Origin: Lama guanicoe
Lineage: Eukaryota
Assembly (NCBI GenBank): GCA_013239625.1
Contig: MU053995.1
Span: 124,001 to 188,000 of the forward strand
Direction of reading: 5' to 3'
DNA length: 64,000 nt
The notes under the pieces were generated by a model, which was not told where the DNA came from, made no database searches, and saw nothing but the letters and a program-made list of their open reading frames with translations. Position numbers and translations under genes: made by a program. Position 1 is the first letter of the stretch. Every line of letters starts with the position of its first letter. This document shows, piece by piece, positions 13,001 to 26,400 of this stretch.

Positions 13001-14481
13001 ACCCTCTCCTGCTGAACAGTGGGGCAAACCTCAGGAATACTAAGACCACATAGCCATCTCTACTAGAACTCATCCTTGCCTGCTAGTGGCCAGTAGCCAC
13101 TACGCACGGCAGTGCCTGGCAGCCAACTGGGTCAGGGCCCTATCTTGCCTATCAGCATTTACAAAGTAGTTGGCCCCACCAACAAAGAAGAGTCCATTTA
13201 GTCCACCCATTGGGCATCACTGAGCATATATCTCTAGTGACAAGAAGAGAGAGTGCTTCTGGACCTTATATAATATTTCCTGCATGACATCTTCCAGACC
13301 AGAAAATATAACTAAATTACATGTCACAAAAAGTAAACATAGAGAGTTAGGCAAATTGAGGTGACAAAGAATATATTCTAAACAGCTGAACAAGATAAAA
13401 CCCCAGAAGAAAGTCTAAGCAAAGTGGAGATAAGCAATCTATCCAATAAACAGTTCAAGGAAATGATCATAAATCTGCTCAAAGAACTCAAAGAAAAAAG
13501 TGAATGAACACAGGGAGAAGTTTAACAAAATTTAGAAAATGTAAAGAACATAAAGAAGAACCAACAGAATAATTAAAATAAAAATGCATTAGAAAAAAAT
13601 TGACAGTAGACTAGATGATACAGAGGAATGAATCAGTAATCTGGAAGACAGAATAATGGAAATCAGCACAGCTGAAGAGAAAAAAGTAAAAACAAAAAAA
13701 TTTAAATGAAGACAGTTTAAGGTGCCTCTAAACCAACATCAAGCATATTAACATTCATATTACTAGGGTCCCAGAGGGGAAAGAAGAGGGAAAAGGACAT
13801 AAAACATACTTAAAGAAATAATATCTAAAAACATCCCTAATGTGGGAAAGGAAACACAAGTCCAGAGAGTACGGAGTACCAAACAAGATTAACCCAAAGA
13901 GGTCCAAACCAAGAAACACTGAAATTAAAATGGCAAAAATTAAACACAGAGAGAATATTTAAGAAGCAAGGGAAAAGCAACTGTTTATATACAAGTAAAC
14001 TCTATATGACATTCAGGTGACTTTTCAGCAGAAACTCTGCAGGCCAGAAGAGGGTAGCATGACATATTTAAAGTGGTAAGAGAAAAATATATATAAACAA
14101 GAATACCCAGGAAGACTGTCATTCAGATATGAAGGAGAGATAAAGAATTTTACAGAGAAACCAGACTTACAAGAAATGTTAGAGAGTCTTCTTCAAGTGA
14201 AAAATAAAATCTCACAATTAGAAATTAGAAAATATATTTTAAAAATGCAATGATAAAGGCAAATATGTAGGGCAGTGATCAGCCACATTAAAAGCTAGTA
14301 TGAGAATTAAGAGACAAAAGTAAGACAATCAGCTCCAAAAACACTAAGTAGTTAAGGGATGCACGAAATAAAGAAACGTAAATATGACATCAAAAACATA
14401 GAACATGGAGGAAGTAAAAATGCAGTGCTTTTCTCATGTTTTTGGACTTCAGTCACTAACAGTTTAAAATAGACAACTATA

Positions 14482-14613
14482 AAAATTGTAGAATAGGTAA
14501 ACAAGACTATACTGTAAAGCACAGGGAAATATACACAAGATCATATGGTAGCTCACAGAGAAAAAAAACATTATAAATAAATAAAAAATGTTAAAAATTA
14601 AAAATAAAATTAA
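14482..14613 (+). mobile_element. Very short young L1 3'UTR insertion with 16-bp TSD
   Basis: TSD aaaatagacaactata at 14466-14481 and 14614-14629. Body matches the young L1 3'UTR at ~63650-63830. Confidence 0.85.
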
Positions 14614-14648
14614 AAAATAGACAACTATATATTCAGCTTGATATATAT

Positions 14649-15028
14649 TGTCAGTCAAGGGAGGCTGATGTGGGGTTCTAGGATGTGAGCGGCCCAAACA
14701 AAAAAATGCACGGGAAGTTGCCATACTGCTGGACAGACTTCAGCCAGAGACACCATGGGGTTAACAAAACTTTGTTGCCACAGGGAGGTGCGCCCTGTGA
14801 TGCACCTGTCCTGCTTTTATCTGTTTTCTGTCAGCACATGCGCGGTCTGAGTTGCTTTGTTCATTAGGCTTACAGAATATCTCTAGCACGTGCGTACTTC
14901 TATTTTCTTTGTTCTAAATCTTTTATAATTGACGCATGTGTGGAGCAATTATTTACTGCATACTACAAACATGCTCTGTAGTTGTGGCCTTGGGTCCCAC
15001 AGCCTTAACTCGTCTCAAGGCCAGCTCA
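14649..15028 (-). mobile_element. Solo LTR of the class III ERV family at 48938-54148
   Basis: tgtcagtc...ctca termini with 5-bp TSD tatat/tatat. Shares gccctgtg..gcac.tgtcctgcttttatct and ggccttgggtcccac with the proviral LTRs. Confidence 0.85.
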
Positions 15029-18000
15029 TATATATGAACCTCAACATTTTTGTAATCAGAAACCTATAATGAAGACACAAAAAATAGATAAGGGAATCTA
15101 AACGTAACACTGAAGGAATCCACAAACCACACTAGAAGTAACCAAGAGAAGAAAACAAGATAGAAGAACTACAAAAACAACCAGGAAACAAACAAAATGA
15201 CAACATGTACATACCTATCAATAATTACATTAAATGTAAGTGGACTTAAATATTCCAATCAAAAAACATAGGATGGCTACATGGATTTAAGGGGAAAAAA
15301 ATAGTTTATACACTGCCTGAAGGAAACTTAACTTCAGAGTCAAAAATTCACAGAGTGAAAGTTGATAGTGAAGGAATGGAAAAAGATAATCCATGTAAAT
15401 GGAAATGAAAGGAAATCTGGGATAGCAATATTCATATCAGATAAAAAACTATTTAAAAAGACTGAAAAAAAGAAAAAGAAAAGTATTACATAATAATAAA
15501 TAAGTCAATCCAACAAGAAAACAAGATTTATTCACCCAACACAGGAGCACCTAAATATATATAGCAAGTATTAACAGAAATACAGGGAGAAACAGACAAT
15601 TAAGTAATAGTAGGCAACTTCAATGCCACACTAATATCAATGGATAGATCACCCAGACAGAAAATCAATAATCAACACTGGCCTTGAATAACATAGTAGA
15701 TAAGAGAGGCTTGGTAGATATTACATAGAACATTACATTCAAAAACCGTACAATACACATTATTTTCAAGTACTCATGAAATATTCCCCAAGATGAATGA
15801 CATGGTAGAGCACAAAACAAGTCTTAGTAGATTTAAGAGGACTGAAATCATATCAGGCAATTTTTCCAACCACAACTGTATAAAGACTAGAAATCAAGTG
15901 CAAGAGAAAAAATTGCAAACTACACAAACATGTGAAGGCTAAACAATACATTACTAAATACTGAGTCATAAAGAAATCAAAAAGGAAATTTTAAAAAATA
16001 CCTGGAGACAAGTGAAAACTGAAACACAATGTCCCAAAACCTAGGAAATGCAGCAAAAACAGTTCTAAGATGAAAGAAAATTTAAAGTGATATAGTCTAT
16101 ATTAAAAAAGACAAAATAGAAAAAATTAAAGGAACACCTAAAAAAACAAGAAAAAGAAGAATCAACAAAACTAAAGTTACTACCGAAAAAAGGAAATAAT
16201 AAAAATCAGAACTGAAATAAATAAAATAGAAACTAAGACAAAAAGACAAAAGATCAATGAAACTCGGAGCTGGTGTTTGAAACAATTTAAAAAAAGAAAA
16301 GAAAAAAGAAAATCAATAAACCGTCAGCCAGACTCTACAAGAAAAAAAAGAGAAAAGACTCAAATAAACTCAGAAATGAAAAAGGAGATGCTACAATTCA
16401 CATAATAGAAATACAAATGCTTATAAGAGATTATGATGAATAATTTTACATCTGCAAAAATGGACAACCTAGAAAACCCAAGTAAATCCCTAGAAATGTA
16501 CTATCTCCCAAGACTGAATGAGAAGTAAATTAAAATATGAATATACGAATTACCAATAATGAAACTGAATCAGTAATTTATGTCTCCTCAACTATAAAAG
16601 TTCTAAAGGAAACAACTACATAGGAGAATCCCACCAAAAATTTAAAGAAAAATTAAAATCTATCCTTCTCCATCTATTCCAAAAAACTGAACTGGTTGGA
16701 ATGCTTATAAGTCATTTCAGAATGCCAGCATCATCCTAACACTAAAACTAGACAAGGACAACACAAAAGAAAATTACAGGCTGATACCAATGATGAACAT
16801 AGATTCAAAAATCTTCAACAGAATAGTAGCAAATGAAATTCAATAATACATTAAAAAATCATATACCATTATTAAGTAGGATTAAAGCTAAGGATGAAAG
16901 GATGGTTCTATGCTGATAAAACAGTCAATGTGATACACCAAATTAACAAACTGAAAAATAAAAATCATAGGATTATCTCAGTAGAGACAAAATTCAACAT
17001 GCATTTATGATAAAACTCTCAGCAAAGTTCATATTGAGGGAACATATCTCAACATAATACATGCCATATAAGACAAACCTAGAGCCAACATCATACTCAA
17101 TGTCAAAAAGTGGGAGGCATTGCCTATAAGATCATGAACAAGACAAGAATGCCAAGTCTATATTCAATGTAGTTTGAAGTCTGACACACAGAAATCAAGC
17201 AAAGTTTTGTTTCAAAATAAAACAAAAATAGAGAAATCAAAATTGGAAAGGAAGAGGTAAAACTCCTTATTTAAAGATAACATAATTATATATAGAAAAT
17301 CTTAAATATACCATCAAAATAACAAATGAATTCAGGAAACCCAGGATAAAAATTAATATACAAAAAGCAGCTGCATTTTTATACATTAAGAAGTTATCAG
17401 AAAGAGAATTTTTTTAAAAGCCACTTACAATTGAATCAAAAAGAATAAAGCACCTAGGAATAAATCTAACTAAAAAGTGAAAAGCCCTGTTTTTGGAAAA
17501 CTGTAAGACATGGATGAAAGAAACTGAAGATGACCCAAACAAATGGAAATATATACTGTGCTCATGTATTGGAAGAATTAATATTGTTAAAATGACCATG
17601 CTACCCAAGGCAATACACAGTACAATCTCTATCAAAACACCAAAGACAATTTTTGCAGAAATAGAAAAATAATTCTAAACTTTGAATGGAAATACCAAAA
17701 ATTCTGAATACCAAAAATAATCTTGAAAAGGAGCAAAGCTGGAGGCACCATGTTCTCTGATTTCAAACTACGCTCCAAACAGTAAACAAACCAGTATGGC
17801 ACTGACACTAAGACACAGAAATCGTGAAATAGAATAAAGAATCAAGAAGTGAACCTACATTGCATGGTCAATTAATCTATGACAAAGGTGTCAAGAATAT
17901 ATAATGGGAAAATGACAACAAATTCAAAAAGTAGTGTTGGGATAACTGGACATCTATGTACAAAAGCATCACACTGTACTATTACACTGCATATAAAATA

Positions 18001-19157
18001 AACACAAAATTGATCAAATATTTAAAGGTAAGGAATGAAAGCTTCTAGAAGAAAACATAAGTTGAACACTCTTTGACAGAGTTAAGCAATATTTTTTTTT
18101 AATGTGTCTACTCAGGCAAGGTAAACAAAAGCAAAACTAAACAAATTGAACCACATCAAACTAAAAACCCCTTACAGTGAAGGAAAACAAAATAAAAAGT
18201 CCATTTACTGAGTGGGATAGGATTTTTAGAAACACTATATATTACATGGGTTATTATACAAAATATGTAAACAGCTCATAAAACTCAATATTCAAAAAAT
18301 GAATTTAAAAATATGCATAGGACCTGAACAGACATTTTTCTAAAGAACAAGTACTGATGGACAACAGGCACATGAAAAGATACCCCACATCACTAATCAC
18401 CTGGGAAATGCAAATGAAAAACACAATGAGATATCACCTCACATTGTCAGAATGACTATTATTAAAAAGAAAACAAAAAAACCAATACTGGTGAGAATGT
18501 GGAGAAAAGAGAAGCCTTATGCACTGTTGATGGGAATGTAAATTGGTGCAGCTGTTATGGAAAACACTATGGAGGTTCCTCAAGAAATTAAAAATAGAAT
18601 ACTATACAATGCAGAAATTATATTTCCAAGTATTTTTCCAAAGAAAATTAAAATACTAATTCAAAAAGATGTATGTACCCGAATGTCCACAGCAGCCAAG
18701 ACATGGAAGCAAGCTAAGCACCCATCAATAAATGGACAAGGAATATGAGAGATATACATATCAGTCATTAGAAAATGTAATTCTGCCATTTTCAAAAATG
18801 TGGGTGGAACTAGAGAGCATTATCCTTAGCAAAATAAGTCAGGCAGAGAAATGCAAATACTATAACATCACTCATATGTGGAATCTAAAAAATACAACAA
18901 ATGTATATAACAAAACAGAAGCAGACTCACGGATATAAAGAACAAGCTTGTGGCTCCAGGGGAGAGAAGAAAAGAGAAGAGGAAGGTAGGGATTTAGATT
19001 AATAAGTACAAACTGCTATGTATAAAATAAATCAGCTACAGGGATATATTGTATAGCATAGTGAATTATGGCCATTAGCTTGTCATAACTTTAAATGCAA
19101 TTATCTCTAATGTTGTATACCTGAAACAAACACAATATTGTAAATTAAGTATATTCT

Positions 19158-19204
<47 letters not shown>

Positions 19205-19829
19205 TAAAATTATTTTTTTCAAAAAGAACAAGTATGGGAAGGAATAGAGGTGGCAGTGTTACTAGGTTTTTCCATTTTAAGCCAAAATAAATCAACAAAG
19301 GTGAATAGCTCCTGTAAATAAGTAACAACTTGCTAGAAGCAGCTTATTTGATTGTTGGGTCATATGGATCTCATCCTGGGGAAAACAAGGATGTTCTGGC
19401 AGCAGAAATAGTTTGAACTCTTGGTATACTTTCAAAGTTATTTTCCAATCCTTCAGTAAATCTTTATTTTCTCCTGTGCTAAACGTGATCTCTTGGTTTT
19501 ACTTCTTGCAACTGCGTATTAATCTACAACTATCTCAAAATGAGGACTGTAACTTTAAATATACATTTCCTAAGATTTGGTTCTGTTATCCATCCATTCT
19601 TGAGGAGATAGGAAAGGTGGAAAATACGTACTTCCTTTTGTGCAACAGGCTTGGCATAAATTATCTTCATAAAAACACCTGTGACCTTGGAAACTTTTAT
19701 AATTTAGGATAACAACATCTGTAACTGACTTTTAAAAGCAAATTACTTTTTATCTTTATATTTCTTGTGGGTCAGGTGATAGTTTAAAATGGCCATTAAA
19801 AGAGAAGTCCATCTCATAGAAGATACCCT

Positions 19830-20790
19830 ATGGATGTGGAGACAAGGGCTTCAGACACAACTGTATTCTCCTCATCTATTCAAATGCAAACATGCAGCAA
19901 AACATCCACCTGCCTAAAGAAAGAAAAAAATTTATTGTCAAGATACATGTGGAAGCCATGTGGGTTATACAAACCCAAGTCACAGTGCAAATCCACTTCA
20001 TTACTCCACACCTACAAGGATGACTGCAGTTTAAAAAGTCATATACTAACAATATTATTGATTAGAACATGGAGAAACTGAAACCCTTACACACTGTCAG
20101 CAGAAATTTAACTATTCTTTAGTCACCATAGACAATAGTTGGCCAAGTCCTCAACCTTATAAAGTTATCACATGAAATAGCAGTTCTACTCCTAAGTGAA
20201 TGAAACAGATGTCTACACAAAAATTTGTATCCAAATGTCCATAGCAGCATTATTCATAATACCCAAAAAGTGGAAACAACACAAATGTCCACCAAACTAT
20301 AAGTGGATAAGCAGACTGTGCTACATCAATGGAATAATACCCAACAGCAAAAAGAAAGTACACACTACAATGTGAATAAATCTGGAAAAGTAATTGAGAA
20401 CACACCAATTGAAAGAAACCAGTCACAAAGACTACATATCATATGATTACATTTATATGGAATGTACAGAGTAGGCAAATATATACAGAGAGAAAATATA
20501 CTACTGTTTATCTCAGCTTGGACAAAATGCAGACATTGGGGAAGTGACAACTAAGTTGTCTGATATTTCTTTTTGACTATGGCGATAATTGTGAAATTCC
20601 ATGAGAATTCTAAAACCAATAAATTTCACACTTTAAATGGATGAATTGTATGTGTATGGGATATAATTATCACCCCCAAAAAAGTTTTGGAAAAGATACA
20701 TGTATCCATGTTCATTGCAGTATTATTCACAGTAGTCAATATAGGGAAGCAACCTAAGTGCCACTGACAGATGATTGATACAGAAGATAT
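19830..20790 (+). mobile_element. Old LINE-1 3' fragments
   Basis: ORF2 C-terminal and 3'UTR motifs (catagcagcattattcataat..ccaaaaagtggaaacaac; cacactttaaatggatgaattgtatg). Confidence 0.7.
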
Positions 20791-20871
20791 GTGTATGTGT
20801 GTGTTCGTTCCTGTGTTCTAGGAAACTTTCCTCCATCAACACTTATATGTACTCTTTCCAATTACTTCAGG

Positions 20872-21050
20872 CCAGTAGTTCTCAAACTTGAGATGCAACC
20901 ACATTTACCTGGATATTTGTTAAAATACACACAGGTGGGCCCAATTCTGGAATTTTTGACTCACTATATTCACAATGAGCAGAAACTTGCTTTTGTAACA
21001 AATTGCCAGATGATGTTTATTCTACCAGTCGAAGGGTTACACGTGGAGAA
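20872..21050. mobile_element. MER5-type hAT DNA transposon relic
   Basis: Starts cagtagttctcaaactt and ends gagaaactct (degenerate TIRs). Internal ttgttaaaatacaca and taacaaattgccagatgat motifs. Confidence 0.6.
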
Positions 21051-22344
21051 ACTCTCATTACACCAATGAGCTGAATCTGACCTAAGGTGAGCTACATATT
21101 ACACAAAACTGACATCACAAAAATGGCATGTTTGAATTCCATCAAGAACAACTCAAGCTACATCAAGTTGACCAAGTCCTTGTAACCCAGAGATTTTCAA
21201 TCTTGACAGCATTAAAAATCACTCAGCAACACCTTATAAAATATGTATCAGTCCCCACTCAAGATCAATTAAACCAGAACCTTAAAAAGTTGGTAATGGT
21301 TGTTAGAATCTTGTAAAAAAAACTCTACTAATGATTCTACTTGCTTTATCCTAACTTATCTTCAGAATATTTTTCTGAATAATAGGTAAAATTTTTATCT
21401 TACTGTCAAGAGGAATAAACATAAGAATATATTAAAATCCCTTTGTAAACAAGAAAGTGCTATACAAATGTCATATCTTCCTCAAAGAAAAGGTACATTT
21501 TTGTATAAAGTAGGCTTTAATGCTTGTTTAGTATTAAAGCAAAAACAGATAAAATTCAGGTACAATGTTAACTGTTAGAGAAAATTAGAAAACAGAAAAC
21601 CATTTTAACAAGTTCCACTTACTCCACCAATACAACTATGTCTGCTTTTTCAGTTTTTAACGTATCTCATCATATTATCTACTAACAGAAGAAAGTTAAA
21701 CTAATTTTGATAGCTATTCAGTGGTTTGGTGGCCCTATGAGAGCTTAGGAAGAAATATGTACAACTTTGATATTTATTTGTAAGGCATTTTGATGGCCCT
21801 CCCAAACCTTCTTAACTGAATCATGGTAAAGGGAAACATACAGGACCACAAAAGGTTGTTTTTTCCCCTGAGTTTTACTAACAAGAAATTTCTACATTAG
21901 CACCATGCTGGAGAGATTTTTATATTTTTTGAAGTGTAGTTTTACATTGTTTCAAAATAGGTAAGTTAGATGCATTCTTGTGTTTCATGACTTTTTGTGC
22001 TAAATTTTAGCCTAATAAATATTTGGTATCCGTATACATATTTATGCTCTTCTGCTTTCCAAAACAATACAAAGCTACTGAAATGAAATTTTCTACCAAA
22101 TTGTTTTTTATTCAGTAATTTCCCATCAATTTGGAGTCAGGGAAAAGTTTTTTTTTTTCTTTTCTCATATCCCTTAAGAGGACTGGTTGTTGTTTTGTTT
22201 TCATGATTTAAGAGAAGCTAGAAAGAAATGCAACTGGTAAGCCCAATCTGTATTTATATTTGGGGGTCATATTTTTAAATTAAAGTTACTATGCCCTTTA
22301 ACAACATTAAATTAAATTCCAGTTAAAGATACTGGGAGGACTTC

Positions 22345-23400
22345 ACAATAGCACATGATAATATCTACCATTTGTATGATCATTCTACATTCCATGCACT
22401 TTACAGTCGTTACCTCATTTAATCCTCTCAGTCATGTTACTGGGATTAGAACATTAAATAGTTCACTCTACAAAGATAGGAAAATGTAGGCTCAAAGAGG
22501 TTCAATATCTTTAACAACATCACAAAGACATGATGAAATGGAGCTGGAATTCAAGCACATTCCTGTCAACATTGCTGTGGTTTCCTGAACACTCAATAAG
22601 GAAATTCTGTTTGTGTGTCTCCCTGAAAACTCAGTTTTAAAATTTGTATTGCATGTTTCTACGACGTGATCTTAGTATATCATTTGCTTACTGAAGTTTC
22701 CATCTATGGCTTTAAATGCCATCAATATGACAATGACTTTCTTTGTGTCCCCAACCTTAATGAATTCCCTGAACTCTGGACTTGGATATTTAGTAGATAC
22801 CTTTAACACAGCCTTTCCAAAATTGAGCTCCTTGCCTAATCTAGCACATCTCAACAAATGGAAACCTGGTTATATAGATTTACATCCAGTCTACCAGCAA
22901 GTTCTATTGCTTTTATCTTGGAAATATACCTAGAATTCAAGAATTTCTACAGCTCAAGCCCCTATCATTACTTCCCTATATGCAACACCTTCCCCACCAG
23001 ACCATCACCTTCCAGTCTTGCTATCCCATACTCAGAATGGTGTGTATACAACAGAATTGAAGTCATGAAACTTCTCTAAATTCCAGAGGAATTTTTTTTG
23101 CCATATAAAACCCTAAATCATCTGCCTGTGTCCACCCTCCCCTTAAAGGAAAGTCAACCTCAAATCCCCACTTGCAAGTGCCACTGATCACCATGATACC
23201 TGCAGCCACTCACCCCTGACTAAGCCCTTAATGGTCCAGGGTTTTTCCACTTTCAGAACATTTGCACTTATTCTCCCCTCTGCACAGTCATATCCAATAA
23301 ACAGACTCCCACCAATAAACAGAAGGGACAAATAACTCTAATGACCCATATTAAATACCAGCTCTTCTAGGTCAAGTTTATGTGGTCATTTTTTGAGCTA
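22345..23400. mobile_element. MIR (~22345-22560) and L2 (~22690-23400) relics
   Basis: MIR core ctcatttaatcctc...aggctcaaagaggtt, then L2-like gcacatctcaac and catttgcacttattctcccctctgc. Confidence 0.55.
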
Positions 23401-23454
23401 CTTTTTATCCAAATTTTCTATGAGGTATAAAGTTTTCAAAATATCCTCTGACAT

Positions 23455-26400
23455 AAGTGAGATGGCAAACTAGGAAACACTAAGATATCTCCCACAGAGA
23501 TACTTTGTTAACAAAATTATACAAGTCAGAATATCTCTCTAAGCACTCTAGAGATTAATTGTGCTCTGCAAACACTCTAGAAGCTAGTGCAAAAGCACCT
23601 AGACAAATGTGAAAACAAGATGTAATTCCAGCAAAAGACATATAAAAATTTTAGGAGATTTTGTCCACCAGTTCATGTCTTTCTTCTTTTCCTGCTTAGC
23701 ATACCCATACCAAGGCTTCTCCCATAGGCTGGAAATTAAAAAGTAAGTAATGCATTCAACATTCTGACTAGTCTGGGAGCTAACCAAGGGACATGTTTCT
23801 GTACTGCAAACTCAGAACACTAATGATATCAGCAGCATAGCTTGAAAGTCAATCAAACCAGAAGTGAGCACTGAAGCATGTTAGAGCTATCGAAAACATA
23901 CCCAAAGGCACAAAGAAGATACATCTCAGAAAAGGTTTAAGAGTTCCTAGAACATCAGGGTTAATAGATGGGCTAACTGCTAAAAGCCTCCCTGGTATGA
24001 AATAAGTCCATAAAGTCTGGGAGGCATCATTGTTTTTTAAAATGCCCAGATCTCAATTAAAGATCATAAGACATACCAGAAACAGGAAAGTATGGCCCAA
24101 TAAAGGAGAAAAAATCTCCAGAAATCAGCCCTATAAAGCCACAGATCTGTACGCTGCCTAACAAATAATTTAAAAGAACTGTCTTAAGGATACTCAAGAT
24201 CTGACAGAAAAAAAAATTAAGATAATTCCACCCCAAAAAAAATCATGGACAAAATGAAAAAGAAGCACAACTCTAAAGCCAAAAAACCACTAAATATTAA
24301 ATTCACTAGAGGTATTCAACAGCAGACTTGATCCAGCCAAAATAAAACTCACTAAGTATGAATACAAGTCATTTTAAGTCATCAAGTCTGAAGAGCAAAA
24401 GGAAAATGAATAAAGAAAATGAACAGAATATCAGGGACTTATCAAATACTATCAAGCAGACCAATGTACACATTATAGGAGTCCCAGAAGGAGAGGAAAG
24501 AGAAATAATGACCCCAAATTTTCCAAATCCGAGGGGGAAAAAATAGGCATACAAATTCAAGGGAATCATTAATTCCAACTGGCATGAAGTAAGAGACTTA
24601 TACCAAGATACATCATCAAACTGTCAAAAATTTAAGACAGAATTTTGAAAGTAGCAAGAGAAAACCAACTTATCATTACAAGGGAGCTTCTGTAATATTA
24701 TGATGAGACATTCAGGAGAAACTTTTCAGGACAAAAGATAGTTAGATAATACATTCAAAGTACTAAAAGAAGAAAAAAGATTCAACCTGGAAAAGCAGTC
24801 CTTCAAAAATTAAGGAGACAGTAAGACTTTCTTAGTGCCATTAACATTCCCTACAAAAAACGCTAAAAGAAGTTCTTCAAGATGAAACAAAAGAATGCTA
24901 CACATAGTATAAAACCATACAAAAATATAAAGTCTTCCAGTGAAAGGAAACATATTGACAAGGATAGTAATCTATATTACAGTAGTTTGGTGCATAATTT
25001 TACTTTTGATTTTTGTATAAAATTTAAAATACACAGACTTTAAAAATAATCATAAAGCTATGTTAATGAGTGCACAATATATAAAGATGCAACTTATTAT
25101 TTCAATACTAAAATTGGGGATAGAGCCATAAAAAATAGAGTTTGTGTATGCAATTTAAGTTTTTATCAATATTAACTAGAATGTTTACCATTAAGATATA
25201 GTATAATACTGAAATGGTAGCCAAAAGAAAGTATCTACAGAATATACACAGAAAAAAATGAAGGAATGTCAGAAAAAGAGATAAAAATAAAATCTGATAC
25301 TCAGTGGCTACTTTTCCAGCAGAAGCTCTCCAATCCCACATACCCTACACCACAGCTCAGAAACACATCTGGAAGTCTTTATTCCAACAACAGGAGAGCA
25401 CATCCAGCACCTGCTGGGGCTATGACAACCACACAGAAAACAGGAGGCCCTGTTTAAGTAACCAGGGAAGACTCTGATCAGCACAACACCAATCACAGCC
25501 CCAAATATGGGGACAACAGATAGCACACATGGAGGAAAGATGTAACAGCCATCTGTACTAAAAACAGCCCTCACAGGAAAATTATTAGACACACACAATC
25601 TACACAAGATGCTCCAACTTAAATAAAAGCCATTCAAGACCATAATTAATAACTGTCTTCCTAAATTCATGCAGGCAGTGAAATATAAGTAAAACAAAGA
25701 AGCAGAGAAACCACTCCCAATGAAAAGAACAAGAGAAAGCCCATGAAAAATCACTGAAATACACCTCAACAGTCTACCAGATCTTGACTTCAAAAAGGTT
25801 ATAAGACTGAATAAATGAAGAGAATTTATTAATAGAAATATAGAATTCTATAAAAAGGATATAAAAACTATATAGAGGAGACAATTAAATCAGAAAACTC
25901 AATTTCTGAGATAAAAGCTGAGCTAAAGATAGTCAAAAGCAAATGTGATAATACAGAGGAGAAAATAAGTGATTTAGAAGACAGGATAATAGAAATCACC
26001 CTATGAGAACTGCAGATGGAACAACAAATGAAGACCAATGAAAGAAATATAAGGAAATTATCAGATAATAAAAGCAAGCCAAACTACACATAACAGGGGT
26101 CCCAAAGGAGAATAAAGAGAAAGGGGGATCAAAAAGGGATTTGAAGAAATCATGACTGAAAACTTTCCAAACCTAAAGAAGGAAACAGGTATCCAAGTAC
26201 AAGAAACATAGAGGGTCCCAAACAAGATGAACCCAAAGAGACTTAAGCCAAGACATAGTATAATTAAAATGGCCAAAGTTAAAGATAAAAAAATAATTCT
26301 AAAGGCAGCAAGAGAAAAATAAAGAGTTAGTTACAAGGGGGCCCCTGTAAGGCTTTCAGATGATTTCTCTACACAAACAGTGATGGCCAGGAAAGAGTGG

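Larger units (their letters stand above)
11968..19205 (+). mobile_element. Old near-full-length LINE-1 (5'UTR, ORF1 ~13360-14200, ORF2 ~15200-18885, 3'UTR, (aat)n tail), heavily disrupted
   Basis: Collinear ORF1, EN, RT and C-terminal homology with many stops and frameshifts. Interrupted at 14482-14613 and 14649-15028. Confidence 0.9.
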
